Origin: Acidobacteriota bacterium
GTDB taxonomy: Bacteria > Acidobacteriota > UBA890 > WLXD01
Direction: 5' to 3'
Assembly: GCA_963666055.2 (NCBI GenBank)
Contig: CAXWPH010000015.1
Location: forward strand, 2,048,001-2,112,000
DNA: 64,000 bases
In this document: piece by piece, positions 61,114-64,000 of the stretch
Position numbering within the stretch: position 1 is the first letter of the stretch
How the letters are laid out: every line of letters starts with the position of its first letter
Notes under the pieces: generated by a model
The model's input: only the letters and a program-made list of their open reading frames with translations
The model's database searches: none
What the model was told of the DNA's origin: nothing
Made by a program: the position numbers and the translations under genes

Positions 61114-61367
61114 TGGGCCGGTGGGCGCAGTTTGGTCGCAGTTTCGGAGACCAGCGAAGATGCTAAGGATGGCCCCGACTGCGCCCGATGTGCGACCGAA
61201 ACCTCGAGCCTTCCAATCGTTGCTGGTGTTCGGGTCCTCGAGCACGTAGGGGAAGCCCGCGAGCCGGCTCTCGTGCCGAAGAGCCGTGTAGATTCACGAC
61301 AGCCTGCGGAGTACTCCGGGAGCTTGCGAATGCCCCTTCCCCCGCCGAGTCAACAGGAGGTTCTTGA

Positions 61368-61679
61368 CTAGGTATCCAGCCAGTCGGCTATCTGTTGAAG
61401 CATGCCGCACTTCTCGCGGAACTCCTCAACAGTTCGGAGTGTGCTCCCGAAGTCATCATCCAGATCCCACTCGTAAGTGGTGACTGCGAACCCTCGGTGC
61501 ACCCTATCCGCCTGGCTGAAGATCAATCGCTTCAGATCGCTGCACTCCTCGCTGAATGCCCACCCCCCCCAGCCTTGGCTCGGGGGGAATGCTGGTGCGT
61601 TGTAGTTGTTGCAACCGGCTGTGGCTAGTAAGCCAACGGCTACTGCCACGAGGCCGAGGCGGCTTCTTTGGATTCGCAT
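61368..61679 (-). CDS. Small hypothetical lipoprotein
   Basis: AAAGGAGG RBS; MRIQRSR plus hydrophobic stretch and LATAGC lipobox. Confidence 0.75.
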   Translation of the reverse strand: MRIQRSRLGLVAVAVGLLATAGCNNYNAPAFPPSQGWGGWAFSEECSDLKRLIFSQADRVHRGFAVTTYEWDLDDDFGSTLRTVEEFREKCGMLQQIADWLDT

Positions 61680-61925
61680 GGACTGCCTCCTTTGCCGACT
61701 AGAGAGTTCTAAGCGGCGCCTTTGTTACAGGACGCAAATTGCAGAAGCAAGAATTGCCCTGGTCCGCCGTGCATGACCCTCGGGCCAGGGTCTATCGCCG
61801 GCGGCCCAGAACATGCATGCATGCGGCTCTCAGGGGTGGTCTAGACGGCTGGTCCGCCCTGCTCGTCGCTCACCTACGATACGTATGGGTCGAGGCGACT
61901 CTCCGCCATCCCGGGACTCCTACTA

Positions 61926-61949
61926 CCCCCCCCCCCCCCCCCCCCCCCC
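61926..61949 (+). repeat. Poly-C homopolymer (24 nt)
   Basis: Read directly. Confidence 0.85.
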
Positions 61950-62171
61950 GGCACCCTGTCGTGCGGCGCTTGCACATCGGTTCCGGAATCCCCGCTCTCC
62001 TGCCCGTCTCACCAGTACATGGACGAGCGCGACCCCTTTGAGCGCCTGCTACGCGACCTTACGCCTGATCCGGTAGAGAGAGAACTGACGCCGTAGCGCC
62101 TGCCTCCCGTGGACCCCCGCCCACCCCAGCGATAGGCTTCAGGCGCTCACCCACCCTGCCTCGGGAGCGCC

Positions 62172-64000
62172 ATGGAACCCGGTAGCAAGCTAGGCCACTA
62201 CGAGATCACCGAGCAGCTCGGTGCTGGCGGTATGGGAGAGGTGTACCTGGCGCAGGACACGCGCCTGGGCCGCAAGGTGGCCATCAAGGTGCTGCCCGCC
62301 GAGTTTGCCTCTGACCCCGAGCGCCTCGCCCGCTTCGAGCAGGAGGCTCGTGCCGCCGCCGCCCTGAACCATCCGCACATCGCGGTCGTTCACGATATCG
62401 GCACCGAAGGCGACACCCACTTCATGGTGCAGGAGTACCTGGAGGGAGACACGCTTCGGGAGCCGCTGGGCAAGGGTGCTCTGCCGCTCAAGAAGGCGCT
62501 CGGGTTGGCCACCGAGATCGCCGAGGCGCTGGCCGCAGCCCACGCCGCCGGGATCATCCACAGGGATCTGAAGCCGGAGAACATCTTCGTCACCAAGGAG
62601 GGGCACGCCAAGGTGCTGGACTTCGGCCTGGCGAAGCTGACCGAGGTGGCGGTGACGGGATCGCCCGACGATTTCACGCATTCACCCACAGCGATGGGCA
62701 CTGCCGCCGGCCAGATGATGGGCACTGCCGGCTATATGGCCCCGGAGCAAGTGGAGGGCTCCCCAGAGATCGACCATCGGGCCGATCTGTTCGCCTTCGG
62801 CTGCGTGCTGTACGAGATGGTCGCGGGAACGCGACCCTTCGGTGGCAGGAACGTCGCCGAGGTCCTCCATCATCTGCTCAACAGCGAGCCCGAGCCGGTG
62901 AGCGACACGCTACCACTGAAGCTGCAATGGAGCCTCGACAAGTGCCTGGCGAAGGAGCCCGCTCGGCGCTACCAGCATGCCGATGATGTGGTGGTGGACC
63001 TGAAGGCGTTGGCCGGTGAGGTGGAGTCGAGTGCGCCACTGCCGGTCAGCGGAGAGGCACCGACAACCCCTGTCGCCGTGGAAACGGCTCGCGGCATCCC
63101 CTGGAAGCCGACAGCCTCGATAGCCGTGGCCAGCGTCCTTGTGGGGGCTTTGGGAGTTTGGATCACGACCCCGTCGCCGCCAGAGCCGCTCATCACGCGC
63201 TTCGACATCGACTATCCACCAGAGACTACTTTCGATGCCGCTTCCACCCTGGGCGTTGCGATCTCACCCGATGGCAGCTCGGTGGTATTCAACGCCAACC
63301 GGCAGCTTTGGCTCCGAGCGATTGACGACCTCGTAGCCACACTCATCCGTGGCACCGAGGATGCCAGAGTGCCGTTCTTTTCCCCCGATGGCCAGCAGCT
63401 CGGTTTCTGGTCGGGCAGCCTGTCAGATGCCGACGGGCAGATGAAGAGAGTTTCGATCACCGGTGGTGCGCCAGTGTTGCTGGGGCCAGCGCCTGTGCGT
63501 CCTTACGGGGCGAGTTGGGCAGAGGACGGCTACATCTACTTCGGGCAGGGTGCCGGAGGGATCTTGCGTGTCTCAGACAACGGCGGTGAACCACAGGTCG
63601 TCGTTCAGATGGAAGAAGGCGAGCAGGCCCACGGGCCACAACTTCTTCCCGGTGGCGAGTGGTTGCTGTTTACGCTGCGGAGCGCTTCCGGCTCCTGGAA
63701 CGATGCGAGCATTGTTGCGCAGCCGGTGTCCGGCGGCGATCGCGAGGTGCTGGTGGCCGGAGGGACCGATGGCCGCTACGTGCCCACCGGCCACATCGTC
63801 TATTCCCTCGAACGGAACCTTTTTGCGGTGCCCTTCGATGCAGACAACGTCGAGGTTACCGGGGGATCGGTGTCCATCGTCGAGGGGGTCCAACAAGCCG
63901 GTCTCACGGGAGCAGCCCAGTACGCCTTCTCGGATCGCGGTGGGTTGGTGTACATGCCGGATGCTACTAGCGGTGGTTTCCAACTCGTCTGGGTGGATCG
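62172..64000 (+). CDS. Hanks-type Ser/Thr protein kinase with TM and PD40/TolB-like C-terminus; runs off the window
   Basis: Not in the ORF track; hand translation [40 protein letters not shown], then SPDG repeats. Confidence 0.95.
   Translation, partial: MEPGSKLGHYEITEQLGAGGMGEVYLAQDTRLGRKVAIKVLPAEFASDPERLARFEQEARAAAALNHPHIAVVHDIGTEGDTHFMVQEYLEGDTLREPLGKGALPLKKALGLATEIAEALAAAHAAGIIHRDLKPENIFVTKEGHAKVLDFGLAKLTEVAVTGSPDDFTHSPTAMGTAAGQMMGTAGYMAPEQVEGSPEIDHRADLFAFGCVLYEMVAGTRPFGGRNVAEVLHHLLNSEPEPVSDTLPLKLQWSLDKCLAKEPARRYQHADDVVVDLKALAGEVESSAPLPVSGEAPTTPVAVETARGIPWKPTASIAVASVLVGALGVWITTPSPPEPLITRFDIDYPPETTFDAASTLGVAISPDGSSVVFNANRQLWLRAIDDLVATLIRGTEDARVPFFSPDGQQLGFWSGSLSDADGQMKRVSITGGAPVLLGPAPVRPYGASWAEDGYIYFGQGAGGILRVSDNGGEPQVVVQMEEGEQAHGPQLLPGGEWLLFTLRSASGSWNDASIVAQPVSGGDREVLVAGGTDGRYVPTGHIVYSLERNLFAVPFDADNVEVTGGSVSIVEGVQQAGLTGAAQYAFSDRGGLVYMPDATSGGFQLVWVD

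Overview
High-GC bacterial chromosome segment, mostly dense coding sequence. The gene repertoire (PD40/TolB-tailed Ser/Thr kinase, secreted S9 peptidases, PDZ-GAF-PAS kinase with an NtrC partner, carboxypeptidase-domain barrels) suggests Acidobacteriota; this is an inference. Left to right: a partial Ig/PKD lipoprotein; a surface-glycan cluster (rfbB, GlpD-like oxidoreductase, GT4, epimerase, asnB, acyltransferase, flippase-like) interrupted by a highly structured CTAG-flanked MITE-like element; HAD phosphatase, S9 peptidase and amidohydrolase; a probable copper locus; a TPR/PD40 protein with an OmpR regulator and a 5'-truncated kinase; a ~2 kb mosaic of mobile/phage gene scraps beside two tRNA-Ser genes and serS; galU, FmdB-type protein, polA; a barrel protein and a sigma54-driven sensor/NtrC pair; FG-GAP protein, AAC(6')-I-like GNAT and gene remnants; a second amidohydrolase/S9 pair; NatAB-like ABC transporter; an Opp-type uptake operon whose enzymes (DUF885, Gfo/Idh/MocA, SDR) carry non-canonical catalytic motifs; methyltransferases, TerC and a partial Ser/Thr kinase. 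Several frameshifts lie in homopolymers and may be sequencing errors. No CRISPR array, rRNA or intact transposase/integrase was seen. The best candidates for something new are the atypical Opp/DUF885 operon, the bipartite palindromic element, the possible copper-sensing leader ORF and the tRNA-Ser fragment mosaic.
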